From Promethearchaeati archaeon SRVP18_Atabeyarchaeia-1 (GTDB lineage: Archaea > Asgardarchaeota > Atabeyarchaeia > Atabeyarchaeales > Atabeyarchaeaceae), in contig CP147779.1 of the NCBI GenBank assembly GCA_037308085.1, positions 608,001 to 672,000 of the forward strand: 64,000 nt of DNA, given 5' to 3'. The number at the start of each line of letters is the position of its first letter. Position 1 is the first letter of the stretch. Position numbers and translations under genes: made by a program. Shown here one piece after another: positions 1 through 10,352 of the stretch. The notes below the pieces were generated by a model. That model ran no database searches. It saw only the letters and a list, made by a program, of their open reading frames with translations, and was not told the origin of the DNA.

Positions 1-2496
1 TGGTCTTTGTGTCGAGACAATTACTCCTTGTCCAGTGGATCTTAGCAGCAGGACCATTTGTTCGGTTATTGTGGTCTCGGCAGTCGTTTTTCTGGCCAGT
101 ATCTCTGGGACTATGTCGAGGGCATCATCGATCACTAGTATGTGCTTTAGCTCTTGCTGGACCCCTCTTTGCTGAGCCGCCGTGGCCACATACTTGGTGA
201 TGATATTCGAGATTAGCCGCAAGTCTTCGGCAGTTCCTTTAGCCTTGACTTCGCTGAGATCTATAATTGCCCTCCGTTTGACCAGATCGCCGAAATTCAC
301 GTTGCTCACGTCATTATCGAAGACGTCGCTTAGGGGAGTTCTAGTAAAAGAGTTCAGGCGATTGAGCAGTGCCTGGATGGTGGAGTTGATCTGGGGCATA
401 GAACCTATACCGAGTTTCTCTGCATATGTTTTCAGCCAAGCATTGAATCCTTCCCAGCCTCGGGGATGGATGCCAACCTCAGCGACTCTCTCCCTGCCGT
501 GCCCCCCCTTTTGATCCTGCGCCACATTCGTCCTAGCGTCTTCTGCCTCTGACTTGACGTATGTTACCAGTGCCTCATAGAAGACGCGCTCCATTTGAGC
601 GCTTAGATCCCTGCTCTGGTCCATGAAGAGAGTTGAGAAGGTTTCCTTCAATATGGTGAAGATCTTCTTTGCGTGTGTCTCGGGATTCTCCATCTGAGGG
701 TCAAATAGGCATATCCTAAGCGGAGCCATTTCCGATGCCGGTTTGAGGTAGACCACGTTGCTCAGGATCTTAACCAGCGGCTTGTATTCGCCCTTCATTT
801 CTATTATCGTCCATGCGACGTCGCTGTGCGACACGGACTCAAGCAGCTTCATGATTAACCTGGTTTTTCCGAATCCGGTTTCCCCGAATATCACTGTATG
901 AAGCATCAAGTCATCCAGTCTCATTCTCATGGGGCAGATTTCATTATCACTCGACATAACCGTGCCAAGCGTGATGTCCCCTTCCTCCAGCTCTTCTCTT
1001 GGAGGGACTTCAAAGTTGGATGCCGTGGTTCTTGGTATTCCAGGCATGCAATCCTCTGGAAGGCTCAACAGCGTCGCCGCCAGTTTCGACGACACCTCCA
1101 TCATGGAAACTCCTGCCCCGCGCCTGAAGAGGATGTTATCAAGCTGCGACTCGATTTTTCTACCTTTGAGTTTCAGGCATTTCACTCTACTTCCCGCACT
1201 CGAGTAGATAGCCTCAATACATGCATCTCCCTTCTCCTGGAAGAGCTTCACATCCTCAGCGCTTCTGCCTCGGTACGCTGCGAAGGCCGAAACCTTCCAG
1301 AATCCGGACAGTTGGGCGCGCCTCTCCTCGTGTGCCTCTGACTTCCTCTCATTAAGTTCAAGCATGACCTTCATGTCAGGTTCGTTTCTTGCCTTCTCAA
1401 TGAGTTTTGCCTCAGGCGTTATGGATGGAGGGTTCGTCGTTTCCAAGCGAATCACTATTGACGCTGTAAGATGCTCCTTCGCGGAAGCCGCTATGAACTG
1501 CTGCGACGGCGCTTGCACCATGTCAGTAGCACCGGGCGATTCAACTTCCCCTTTGAGCGCGCTGACAGCGACATAATGCTCTTCAGAGCCGTCAGTACCA
1601 TCAATTCTCAGGCAACCCTCAGCCCTTTCGTGGGCGCAGCATGGATCTGCCCCCAAGATTGATCCATACCCGAGCCACATCGCATCGCCCTGAAGGAATT
1701 CAATCTTACAGTGAAATCTCGCTTGAAGCACAGTCTTCAGTACCTCGGCCTTCCGCTCAGCTGATCTTGCTGCGCAGTCAGCGTCGGAATCAGAGGCCGA
1801 TGTGAAGAACTTGATGGACGTTAGACCGTTTTCAACCATGAACTCAGCGCCGAAATCCGGAACATTGCTCCACAACGAAACTAGATAAGAGTATTGCGTA
1901 AATCCCTCAAGTGACGCCCCAGGGTCTTCGACTTGGTCGCGAAGGACTTTACCCCGTCCCATTGTTGTTGAGGAAGGGGGTGACTGGCTAGTAACCTTGA
2001 GAATGCAGAGGGCCACTTTCCTGTGGCTCCTGACGAAGAGAAGGCTTCTCCCACGATAGGACTTCGCGCTGTTCGCTGCGGCTACATAGCTGTGGCTGCT
2101 TGACATCCGGCGCAGGATGAATACACCTGCTAAAGCAGATGACGTGAGTAATCCAAATGAGAGGAGACCCATAGTGAAAATACTGGATCCCGCGCGCAGA
2201 CCTATCACCGGGGAGAATAGGTAAGCGGAAAGCAAGCTTGATGCCGTAGAACTTAGCGCAGTAATCTCCACATAACGTATCTTGCTCCTTGCAGACCGTC
2301 TGCCGAAAAACTCGTACGCAGCCCACCACAGAGCCACAAAGACTGGAATAGTGACAAGCATCCCCGGCAAGTCGCCATAAACTGATGTGGATGCGAAGCC
2401 TTGATCGAGTTGAGCAAGAAGCCTCAAGACAAGTAGGAGAAGCATGTCAGAGGAAACAAGAAGCGCCATAACATTTCTAACGCTAATCGCTGGCAC
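1..2496 (-). CDS. Membrane-anchored HerA/VirB4-like (DUF87) P-loop ATPase, 3' end outside window
   Basis: Not in the ORF track because the frame runs off the window edge. Manual translation from GTG 2496 (or ATG 2469): about 4 hydrophobic N-terminal segments, Walker A HTVIFGETGFGKT (~860-900), Walker B ILVIDDA (~121-141), LRSTGQGVIVSTQRP at the edge. Frame spot-checked, not every codon. Confidence 0.8.
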   Translation of the reverse strand, partial: MPAISVRNVMALLVSSDMLLLLVLRLLAQLDQGFASTSVYGDLPGMLVTIPVFVALWWAAYEFFGRRSARSKIRYVEITALSSTASSLLSAYLFSPVIGLRAGSSIFTMGLLSFGLLTSSALAGVFILRRMSSSHSYVAAANSAKSYRGRSLLFVRSHRKVALCILKVTSQSPPSSTTMGRGKVLRDQVEDPGASLEGFTQYSYLVSLWSNVPDFGAEFMVENGLTSIKFFTSASDSDADCAARSAERKAEVLKTVLQARFHCKIEFLQGDAMWLGYGSILGADPCCAHERAEGCLRIDGTDGSEEHYVAVSALKGEVESPGATDMVQAPSQQFIAASAKEHLTASIVIRLETTNPPSITPEAKLIEKARNEPDMKVMLELNERKSEAHEERRAQLSGFWKVSAFAAYRGRSAEDVKLFQEKGDACIEAIYSSAGSRVKCLKLKGRKIESQLDNILFRRGAGVSMMEVSSKLAATLLSLPEDCMPGIPRTTASNFEVPPREELEEGDITLGTVMSSDNEICPMRMRLDDLMLHTVIFGETGFGKTRLIMKLLESVSHSDVAWTIIEMKGEYKPLVKILSNVVYLKPASEMAPLRICLFDPQMENPETHAKKIFTILKETFSTLFMDQSRDLSAQMERVFYEALVTYVKSEAEDARTNVAQDQKGGHGRERVAEVGIHPRGWEGFNAWLKTYAEKLGIGSMPQINSTIQALLNRLNSFTRTPLSDVFDNDVSNVNFGDLVKRRAIIDLSEVKAKGTAEDLRLISNIITKYVATAAQQRGVQQELKHILVIDDALDIVPEILARKTTAETTITEQMVLLLRSTGQGVIVSTQRP

Positions 2497-2620
2497 CCGT
2501 CATTGCAGTATTCAGGCATACTATTAGAACCCCCCCCCTTGAATGGCAAATCTGCAAGAAAAAGAGGTTGACAGAAAAGAGAAAGGGGTATCCGCGAGCG
2601 TCTGAACTCGAAAGAGACTT

Positions 2621-5600
2621 CTATTTTGAAGCAGCTGCACTCTGCGGTGCCTGGCTAACTAGCGACTCGAACTGGCTATCTATCCTCTTTTCTACATCGT
2701 CGAAGACTTCTTTTATCTTGGACTGTTCAACAATCTTAAGCCGAGCCACTTCATCATACACGCTAAGCTTCAGAACCTCGCGTATGGGAACTCCAAGGCT
2801 CACTGCCTTCTTCATGTTTTCGTAGAACTTGACTATTACCCTAAGCAGCCTGTACGACTTCGTTGGATCGCAGTAGGAGTCCACGGGGTGCAGTGCGGAC
2901 TGCATCAAGTAGTCCTCTCTAATCATCCGTGCCGCCTCCAAAACCACCTTCTCAGACTCAGGAAGGGCGTCGGGTCCTACTAGCTGGACGATTTCCTTGA
3001 GTTCCTCTTCCCTCTGCAGCAAAGTCATTGCGCTCTCTCTCAGGTAGATCCACTCAGGGCTAACCTTGGTCTTGAACCACTCCTTCAAGTTATCCAGGTA
3101 CAAACTGTAGCTTTGAAGCCAGTTGATAGCTGGAAAGTGTCTCCTTGAGGCCAAATCCTTGTCGAGCGCCCAAAACACCTTCACTATTCTCAGAGTGTTC
3201 ACGGTAACCGGCTCAGAGAAATCACCGCCAGGTGGACTAACTGCCCCCGTCACGCTGATACTGGCAATTCGCTCTTCTGGGCCAAGGGTTACAACCCTCC
3301 CAGCCCGCTCGTAGAACTCCGACAACCGGCTCGCAAGATAAGCAGGGTAACCCTCTTCTCCAGGCATCTCCTCAAGGCGACCTGATATCTCCCTCAGCGC
3401 CTCAGCCCACCTTGACGTACTATCAGCCATCAGCGCCACATCATAACCCATATCCCTGAAGTACTCAGCCATGGTAATCCCAGTGTAGATGCTCGCCTCC
3501 CTAGCCGCCACCGGCATGTTACTGGTATTCGCTATCAGCACAGTACGATTCATCAGCGGCTCCCCCGACCTCGGATCCTTCAACTTCGGAAACTCCTCAA
3601 GGACCTCAGTCATCTCATTCCCCCTCTCACCACAGCCCACATAAACTATTATCTTGGCGTCAGCCCACTTAGCAAGCTGGTGCAACATCACAGTGTTGTG
3701 AAAAGTAGATGGAACGATGCCGCCGACAAAGTTGTGAGTTCCTTCAACCGTGATATCAAAGACCGGGCTGCTAGCCTCTCTGACGACGATCTTGCGAACA
3801 CGATCGAAGTAGATTTCTTCGGAGGCTTTCAAAACATTCATTATCTTTTCTGCCTCCGTCTGGCGGCCTGCCTCTTTGTTAGCCTCGATTATTTCTCCAA
3901 CACTTCTGAGTGTGTTCAAGGATGGAGTCTCATCCAGCGCCGTGTAGTTTCTAAGCCTAATGCCCTTGGCGCGAAAAACGTCGTAGCCACTCTGATCATT
4001 GCAATCAACAATGACCCTTGACAACAACTGCTTTCCAATAGGCACGACGTCGAGACCTGTGAAGTGTCTGACCTGCCTGCTGGCGTATTCAGAGAGTGGG
4101 CCCAGCTTGGAGTAACTGTATACCCTATTCTCAGTTAGGACTCGATGGAGATGCTCAGCAGACTCTCCGTCTACGTCGACGAGATAATACCCATTCTTGG
4201 TTCGTGAGTGGAACAGCACTCCGAGGCGTGCTAGAAGATAGCTCAGATCGCTGTAAAGTCCCTTGCTCGCCGTACTAAAAGATACAGAATAGCGGTAGAA
4301 TCCTCCGTCTCCAGCAAAATAGCCAGCCAAGAAGTGTGTCAGGTATTCCTCTGGAGCTACTCGAATACAGTAAGGTATTCTCACAGAACATGTTTTATCC
4401 TCTTTCGGAATACCAAGATAATGTAGGAATTTCCGAAGAGGCGTATTGCGGATATATGCGTATGGCGTACGATCGATCGCGTCTTGACCGAACCTGGCTT
4501 TGAAGCCGAAGATACTGAGTGTCAGCTCTCCGAATCGGTTCAAGATCTCTTCAGAAGTATTGTACAGGTACGTTCCTTGGTGGGTTCCTTTTAGGTGGCC
4601 CTCGGCTACGAAAAGACCTAGCCACTCCGCGAGCTCCTTGGTTAGGCACTTGGGAACCCTGAAGGACTTTGATATGGTCTGAGCCTTAACAATTTCGACA
4701 GGGATTCTGGGCACGCCAGCGAATTCGGCCAGTCTGCGTAGGAAGAGTAGGGTCGGCTTGTTCTTGCCTGTCCAGTAGCCAATGAGAACGTCGTAAGAGA
4801 CGCCCAGCTTCTCAGCTATCGTTTTCAGTGGCATACGATCCTTCAGAGCTTGTAGGATGCCCAACATCTCGTCTAGTGCTCTTGCATCAACGGCCCGTAG
4901 ACTTGGAGAGATGTCATAAGGGTCGAAAGTCATGATTCGCCCAGGTATTCGCAGTTTTCTTGGTACTGCAAGATAGTCACCCACTTTGAGGTTCCGAGCT
5001 TCTGTCTCCTCAATAATCTCCCCGTTGAATCTGAACAGTCTATGGACTGGGGTGACCTTCAACTTCCTTCCTGTCCGCGTTGTCACCTCAACGATTGTCT
5101 TGGTCGTTCCCTTGTAGATGTGAGTTGCTTCGGCTGGTCTGTACCTGTCTTCATCGAGGGAAAGAACGCTGATTGGATATCTAAGTTTGACAAGAGACTC
5201 TGTTTCTGAGTCCTCAAGAAGCAAATTGTCCTCCTCAAGTGACTTCTCATATAGTTCCTGGATTCGGATAGTGTCTCCATCTGCCATTAGCACTGGTGTC
5301 TCTCCAGTCACACACTTGCCAGTCCCGAAGCCTCCGGGTATGGCGGCGGTTCCGCCTTTGGCTGTGGGGAAGAAGGTGTCTATGATTCGTTGGCCGGTTA
5401 CGAGGGGGGTGTCGGTGGCGAGTTTGAACTTTATGGGCCTGGCTTTTCGGACGGGCCAGGTTTGTAGGAGAGTTAGATCTTTCTCTTCGCCGTATGCGGT
5501 GCGTATTTTTGCTACGCTGTCTGTAAGCTTGTACTCGTCCTCGGTGGCCACTTCGGTGAGCTCTCCGGATAGGCCATAAGGGACGACTATTCTGTGCTTG

Positions 5601-6040
5601 ACGAGGGTTGTCTCAGGGATTTCTCCAATTATGGAGCCAGGCTCAACTTTACTCCCTTTCTTCAGTAGCGGAGTGAATTTCCACCCAATGTTCTTTGGAA
5701 GTGAGTCTGCGACAACTCCCCTCTTAATGAAATCGCCCACTGCTTCCTTGATTCTAGGCAGTGGTCGTTGAATTCCATCGAAGATCTGGCCTATGAGACC
5801 GGGACCCAGTTCAACTGATAGTGGGCGGCCAGTTGCGACCACGGGTTCTCCTGGCCTGATGCCAGCGGTTTCCTCGTAAACCTGAATCGTGCAGACGTCT
5901 CCCACGATTCTGTTAACCTCTCCAATTAGGCCTTCGTTCCCTACTCTACAGACTTCATACATCTTGACTCCGCGAAGGCCTTCACCATCAACAACGGGTC
6001 CTGACACCCTGACTATCTTGCCTGTGACCTCGGACACCAT
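2621..6040 (-). CDS. atpA: A/V-type ATP synthase subunit A, intein-containing
   Basis: [22 protein letters not shown]-loop, [28 protein letters not shown] 6040 follows GAGGTG; the ORF track start at 6079 is probably too early. Confidence 0.97.
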   Translation of the reverse strand: MVSEVTGKIVRVSGPVVDGEGLRGVKMYEVCRVGNEGLIGEVNRIVGDVCTIQVYEETAGIRPGEPVVATGRPLSVELGPGLIGQIFDGIQRPLPRIKEAVGDFIKRGVVADSLPKNIGWKFTPLLKKGSKVEPGSIIGEIPETTLVKHRIVVPYGLSGELTEVATEDEYKLTDSVAKIRTAYGEEKDLTLLQTWPVRKARPIKFKLATDTPLVTGQRIIDTFFPTAKGGTAAIPGGFGTGKCVTGETPVLMADGDTIRIQELYEKSLEEDNLLLEDSETESLVKLRYPISVLSLDEDRYRPAEATHIYKGTTKTIVEVTTRTGRKLKVTPVHRLFRFNGEIIEETEARNLKVGDYLAVPRKLRIPGRIMTFDPYDISPSLRAVDARALDEMLGILQALKDRMPLKTIAEKLGVSYDVLIGYWTGKNKPTLLFLRRLAEFAGVPRIPVEIVKAQTISKSFRVPKCLTKELAEWLGLFVAEGHLKGTHQGTYLYNTSEEILNRFGELTLSIFGFKARFGQDAIDRTPYAYIRNTPLRKFLHYLGIPKEDKTCSVRIPYCIRVAPEEYLTHFLAGYFAGDGGFYRYSVSFSTASKGLYSDLSYLLARLGVLFHSRTKNGYYLVDVDGESAEHLHRVLTENRVYSYSKLGPLSEYASRQVRHFTGLDVVPIGKQLLSRVIVDCNDQSGYDVFRAKGIRLRNYTALDETPSLNTLRSVGEIIEANKEAGRQTEAEKIMNVLKASEEIYFDRVRKIVVREASSPVFDITVEGTHNFVGGIVPSTFHNTVMLHQLAKWADAKIIVYVGCGERGNEMTEVLEEFPKLKDPRSGEPLMNRTVLIANTSNMPVAAREASIYTGITMAEYFRDMGYDVALMADSTSRWAEALREISGRLEEMPGEEGYPAYLASRLSEFYERAGRVVTLGPEERIASISVTGAVSPPGGDFSEPVTVNTLRIVKVFWALDKDLASRRHFPAINWLQSYSLYLDNLKEWFKTKVSPEWIYLRESAMTLLQREEELKEIVQLVGPDALPESEKVVLEAARMIREDYLMQSALHPVDSYCDPTKSYRLLRVIVKFYENMKKAVSLGVPIREVLKLSVYDEVARLKIVEQSKIKEVFDDVEKRIDSQFESLVSQAPQSAAASK
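3695..5314 (-). mobile_element. Intein (540 aa) with LAGLIDADG homing endonuclease in AtpA
   Basis: Inserted in Walker A GTGK|CVTGETPV...PSTFHN|TV. Block B TPVHRL; LAGLIDADG motifs [11 protein letters not shown] and [12 protein letters not shown]. Confidence 0.95.
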
Positions 6041-6358
6041 GTTCACCTCTGGAACGAGTACACTCCGCCAACGAGCCATTGGTGAGGAGATTGGACTACT
6101 CTTAAAACAGTTACGGCAGGTCCGACTTATTTAAGGATTATGAAAAAAGGTTCTGTTACCTCTGCGGTTGATCTGACCGTTTTGTGTGGCTGTTACTTTT
6201 CGGTTGATGGCTTGCGTTCTATTAACTTGCGCTGGAATGGGGTCAGCGGTTAATCGTTGTAGGATGGCTAACATAAATCGGTTGATAAACAGTGACCATT
6301 GACCTCTTAGCGCCAATCTCGGAAGTTTTAAGAAGTAAGTCGATCGAACCTCTATTTT

Positions 6359-7177
6359 ATGAAGATTACGAATCAATACCGAATGATAAGTAGAATAACC
6401 GAGCTTATCGGAAATCTAAAAGAGGTTAATGAAGCCTCAACACATGGTAATAGTGTTGTGCAACTCTCCAGAGTTGAATGGGTTTGTCCCATATCATTTC
6501 TTCCGATTGTGGCTTACGCAAACCATATGAATATCTCAGTTGACTATTCGGGTCATAGCGAAGACATATCTACCTACCTTAATGCAATTGGCTTTCCTAA
6601 CGGTGTAACTGAGTTCACCAGAATGAGGAAGAATCTTCTTCCGATAACACGTGTGCGATGCTCCGATCGTAACGACATCCTGACTTTGTATGAAGACAGA
6701 ATATTGAGCCAGCTTCCACAAGCGCAAAGGCGAGAGGCATTAGGCGGTCTGAAATATCTGACTAGCGAACTAGAAGCGAACGTGCGAGAGCATGCCCACG
6801 TTGACGGTTACTGGGTTTTTGCTCAGTATTGGCGACGCTCAGGGATGTGCGAGATAGGTATTTGTGATACAGGAATCGGATACAAGCAATCGTATGTCGG
6901 AACACCATATGAAGTGACAAGACATATTGATGCAATCGAAAATGCGCTGGGAGGTAAGTCTTCCAAGTTGCCTCGGGAGAGAGGGGCAGGTATCCCGACT
7001 ATTGCTCGTATATTAGCTGAGGGTTATAGAGGTGAGCTAATCATAATGTCAGGAGATTCTCTTTTGCTTTCAGAACGAGGAAGAAGGTCTGGATACAGAT
7101 TTGGCGTCAGTTTGCCAGGCTCATTTGTCGGACTTAGGTTTCGTTTGAGTGGAATTAATATATATAATTTTATATAG
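6359..7177 (+). CDS. Histidine-kinase-like (HATPase_c / anti-sigma-type) ATP-binding protein
   Basis: SELEANVREHA (N box), IGICDTGIGY (G1), RGAGI (G2); AT-richer than the host genes. Confidence 0.75.
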   Translation: MKITNQYRMISRITELIGNLKEVNEASTHGNSVVQLSRVEWVCPISFLPIVAYANHMNISVDYSGHSEDISTYLNAIGFPNGVTEFTRMRKNLLPITRVRCSDRNDILTLYEDRILSQLPQAQRREALGGLKYLTSELEANVREHAHVDGYWVFAQYWRRSGMCEIGICDTGIGYKQSYVGTPYEVTRHIDAIENALGGKSSKLPRERGAGIPTIARILAEGYRGELIIMSGDSLLLSERGRRSGYRFGVSLPGSFVGLRFRLSGINIYNFI

Positions 7178-7198
7178 AGATAATCAGGAAAGGGTACC

Positions 7199-7519
7199 AT
7201 GGATAATGTGAGAGAGAGGAATATGGAGATAAAGTTGCGCGATATGCTGGGTACGGGCACGTTAAGGGATAGAGAAACAGCTCTCTTCGTACTGAAAGAG
7301 ATTTCGCAAATTCCCGAGACATGCCCAGTTGAAATTGATTTTGCTAGTATTGATTTTGCTTCTAGGTCATTCCTTCATGAATTACTCATAGGCTTGAAAT
7401 GCAGAAGGAATGTTAGCTTTCAGAATCTGAACAATGAAGTCAAGAATATGATGAATGTCTCGCTAAGAAAACCAAATGTTGCACCGAGCAGCCCCACAAA
7501 GATTACGGTGATTGGTTAG
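7199..7519 (+). CDS. STAS-like (DUF4325-type) small protein
   Basis: VEIDFASIDFASRSFLHEL resembles the STAS phospho-acceptor motif; directly downstream of the kinase-like gene. Confidence 0.7.
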   Translation: MDNVRERNMEIKLRDMLGTGTLRDRETALFVLKEISQIPETCPVEIDFASIDFASRSFLHELLIGLKCRRNVSFQNLNNEVKNMMNVSLRKPNVAPSSPTKITVIG

Positions 7520-8258
7520 CGCGCGTATTGAGATGGCTTGCGTTCTGAATCAGGGTTATCCACTTGTTGTGTCCTTTAACACTTATCCCACAGGCGTCTG
7601 CGGGAGTCTTGCCGTCTAGCGCTATGCGTGGTCTAACGTGGTTGTGGAAGATCTGGTAGCCTTTTAGAATAGGTGTGTCCTTTTTCTTTAGCCCACGCAT
7701 GACTTTCTCTCTGTCTCTGACTTCCCCATTCATTCTCTCCATCTTGTTATTGTTGCGGTCTCCCCTAATGGTGATGTGCTGGATGTGCTCTGTTCTCGGA
7801 CCCTTGGAAGTCCAAAACTCTTCCTTGTATGCAATGTGGTAAGCTTGAAGACCATCCGTTATCAGGGTTAGAGGCTTCTTCCCCATGAGTTCCTTACCCT
7901 TATGGAAGAGGTTCCCCGCATCATGCCTGTACTTGGTTTCGGCCACCTCTTGCGCAATCCAAAACCGTGTCTCATCATCCATCAACGCGAAGACGTATTT
8001 CATGTCACCCTTAATCTTGACGTAGAGTTCATCGGCTCTCCAGGTATCAGAGACATTAGGTTTCAGTTTCTCTACATAATCCTGCATCAATGTGATGTAC
8101 TTCCTAATCCATAGATAGACCGTCTTATGTGAGACTTCGACTCCTAGTGGTTTGAGAGACTTCTGAGTGTTCCTCAGTGATTCACCGCTAAAGTAGAGTT
8201 GCATGGCCGAGGTGACAGCTTGGGGGTTGTGCTTCATCTTCTCGAAGCCTATGTTCAC
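7503..8258 (-). CDS. IS6-family DDE transposase, N-terminal Zn-finger part truncated
   Basis: WRADELYVKIKG, LITDGLQAY, NNKMERMNGEVRDR, TPADACGI, WITLIQNAS. Remnant CGRTFS upstream is preceded by a stop. Confidence 0.88.
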   Translation of the reverse strand: MNIGFEKMKHNPQAVTSAMQLYFSGESLRNTQKSLKPLGVEVSHKTVYLWIRKYITLMQDYVEKLKPNVSDTWRADELYVKIKGDMKYVFALMDDETRFWIAQEVAETKYRHDAGNLFHKGKELMGKKPLTLITDGLQAYHIAYKEEFWTSKGPRTEHIQHITIRGDRNNNKMERMNGEVRDREKVMRGLKKKDTPILKGYQIFHNHVRPRIALDGKTPADACGISVKGHNKWITLIQNASHLNTRANQSP

Positions 8259-8297
8259 GCTGAAAGTCCTCCCACATTGTCCTCATAGTGCTTCCTC

Positions 8298-8600
8298 TTA
8301 CTTTGACTTGGCGCTTAAACAGGTAGTACTTCGCAAGCTCATTAAACGCATTTGCGTCTGTTTTGGATCCATCTGCCTCAACTGCTCTACGAACTGCCTT
8401 GGCGATTCCTCGGGGTCTTTACAGACTTTGTAGATGCACGATGTGTATGCCCCAATTGTCCCTTCGCTCATGCACCGTAACCTCATGTACCCAACGAGGT
8501 TGAGTATCGCCGGGTCATTTGTTGACCAACCTGGGATCTTCGCTTTTGCTAGACTTCTAAGCCCGCCCGTTCCATTGAAAGCAGATTCTGTGACCCACAT
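8298..8600 (-). pseudogene. Possible tyrosine-integrase N-terminal fragment
   Basis: YMRLRCMSEGTIGAYTSCI resembles integrase N-terminal SAM-like helices; no catalytic domain follows. Confidence 0.35.
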
Positions 8601-8751
8601 CTTGCCTTGTAAGCGACTTTGATTGGTCTAGCATCGTTCGCACTAATAATCTTGCAGAACAGTTACATGGTTTGACGGGCGTCACTAAAGTGGCTGCAAA
8701 CCCACGGCCTGAAACTAGAAAGACACAGCAAAAAAAAGGGAGATGCTTTTT

Positions 8752-9171
8752 TCAAGATTCCAAGAATGCATCGCCATTCTGAAAATCCAAGTTCAATCTC
8801 TTGAATCTGCTGAGTATGTCCATTCCCATCAGGCTAAAATGAGGTCTGGGGCTGGTTTCTGTTTGCTCGAAGACATTCACATGTTCTAGGTTGACGACGC
8901 GCAGTGCTTGCTCAGTGTCGAGAAAGAAGAATGCAGCATCTAGCAACTCTCTGACGTACGCCACAGATCCGACGATAAGGACATTGCTCCTCCGGAGCCT
9001 TTTGCAATCCAAACCCAGTCTTTCGCAGTCGCCATCCAAGATAGTTGAAGTTGTTGATCCAGTATCAAGCATTAGCAGAATTGGCGAAGGCTTGTCCAAT
9101 TGGTCACATGCAAAGAATGACCGGAAGAAATAATGACCTCTACGTGCGTCGAATGTTCCTCTAATCCTCAG
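8752..9171 (-). CDS. Retropepsin-like (clan AA) aspartyl protease
   Basis: LMLDTGSTTS catalytic motif and LMGMDIL. Frame is open upstream of 9099 to CTG 9171, which follows GAGGGGG. Confidence 0.78.
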   Translation of the reverse strand: MRIRGTFDARRGHYFFRSFFACDQLDKPSPILLMLDTGSTTSTILDGDCERLGLDCKRLRRSNVLIVGSVAYVRELLDAAFFFLDTEQALRVVNLEHVNVFEQTETSPRPHFSLMGMDILSRFKRLNLDFQNGDAFLES

Positions 9172-9200
9172 GTCACTGCCCCCTCGTCAGAGTGATTTCT

Positions 9201-9491
9201 TTACAACAGGAATATTATGGGTTTTTCCGTCATGTATTGGATTACGAAATCGTCTAGGTCGTCATACTTCTTCTTCAGTTTACCGATCAGGTGTATTATG
9301 TTTTTGTCACTGTCAACAACGCTTCTATTCTTTACCGCGATGTATTTATCAGCGTACTGCTTTGCCAGACCACCAAAATTACTTGCTATCCACTCAGCAT
9401 TGTCCTCTTGTACAGCAAGCAGATCAACGAGCCTCTTTGATTCAGTCTTTGAACTCAACGTACGGTTGACTATTTGTGCTGTCGTTGTCAT
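9201..9491 (-). CDS. DUF5678-like small protein
   Basis: W..NF..L.KQYADKYIAVKNRSVVDSDKN pattern; upstream of and co-oriented with the aspartyl protease. Confidence 0.7.
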   Translation of the reverse strand: MTTTAQIVNRTLSSKTESKRLVDLLAVQEDNAEWIASNFGGLAKQYADKYIAVKNRSVVDSDKNIIHLIGKLKKKYDDLDDFVIQYMTEKPIIFLL

Positions 9492-9550
9492 ATCTATCCC
9501 CCACCTGCGAAGATGAGTGGTTATTCATAAGTTCTGCCTCCAATTTAAGC

Positions 9551-9928
9551 TTATCGCGAGACGTTGTCGGACTCATTCCCATGCTGAAGTAAGAGATACT
9601 CGATCTCCTTCTCTTTTTCCCTCTGCTTCCTCACCAGATCGTCAAGTTCCAGTTTCAGCTCTTGGTACCTGTCAATTATGGACTCAAATTGCTTAAGCGT
9701 CTTTTTTCCTTGATCAGTGAGCTCGTATTTTATCGTCGGCTTCTTCCTTCCGCGGGGGTCAAGTTTCTCTTTCACCATGCCGCGTTGCTGTGCTTCCCTT
9801 ATCCTCTTCAAGAGGGTGCTAGGGCTCAAGTTAAGCTTCTTCAATTCACTGAAAGATTTCGCTCCATCACCGAGCATCGCCAGCAGGTCGACCATCCCTT
9901 TCTGTATCCGACTCATCTCGTCCACCAA
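9551..9928 (-). CDS. Winged-helix (HxlR/MarR-like) regulator with C-terminal coiled coil
   Basis: KSFSELKKLNLSPSTLLKRIRE...GMV...YELTDQGK. Confidence 0.75.
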   Translation of the reverse strand: MVDEMSRIQKGMVDLLAMLGDGAKSFSELKKLNLSPSTLLKRIREAQQRGMVKEKLDPRGRKKPTIKYELTDQGKKTLKQFESIIDRYQELKLELDDLVRKQREKEKEIEYLLLQHGNESDNVSR

Positions 9929-10136
9929 TACTTAGTATTGGCGTACTTATATATATCTGTATTTACGTTTTCCTATCATTACTCAATGATGTTGCTAACA
10001 TCGCAATAGCAGCCTAGATGAAGACAGCCTCTATAGATCCTATATCAGAGAGAACCTTGTGCCCAGAAAGATCACCATGTGAAAACAGTTGAAGTCTAAG
10101 GTTATTACTCAAGCGTATGCTTAATATTCATTAAAC

Positions 10137-10352
10137 TTGAAGAAATGTAACAGAGGTAGACGTATGCAAAAGCCTAGGCTATATTATTTCCCAGAGACCA
10201 GCGGTAGAAAAGCAATCTTAATTTTCGATTCAGGTTACAGTTTTCCTGACGGTAAGAGAATAGGCAACATTCACATTTACGAATTCAAAGAAACTCTTCC
10301 AGCAAGTCAGGTAGATGAGCAACTCAGAAAATACGGACATTACATTGATTGA
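10137..10352 (+). CDS. Small hypothetical protein (transposon cargo)
   Basis: Short ORF with protein-like composition after an AT-rich promoter-like stretch; no recognised motif. Confidence 0.4.
   Translation: MKKCNRGRRMQKPRLYYFPETSGRKAILIFDSGYSFPDGKRIGNIHIYEFKETLPASQVDEQLRKYGHYID

Noticed and set aside
9-2329. Short plus-strand and off-frame ORFs listed in the track
   Set aside because: They are shadows of the long minus-strand ATPase gene; the same applies to most antisense ORFs over housekeeping genes in the window.
6137-6148. ATTA before the TSD of the IS6 cargo element as a third TAM example
   Set aside because: That end corresponds to the downstream end of the tnpB elements, so it is on the wrong side and was not counted.
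6149-6290. Recurring CGGTT(G/A)AT at 32-46 bp spacing as a mini CRISPR array
   Set aside because: The repeats are short and degenerate, lie within the transposon end, and no cas genes are present; better explained as subterminal binding sites.
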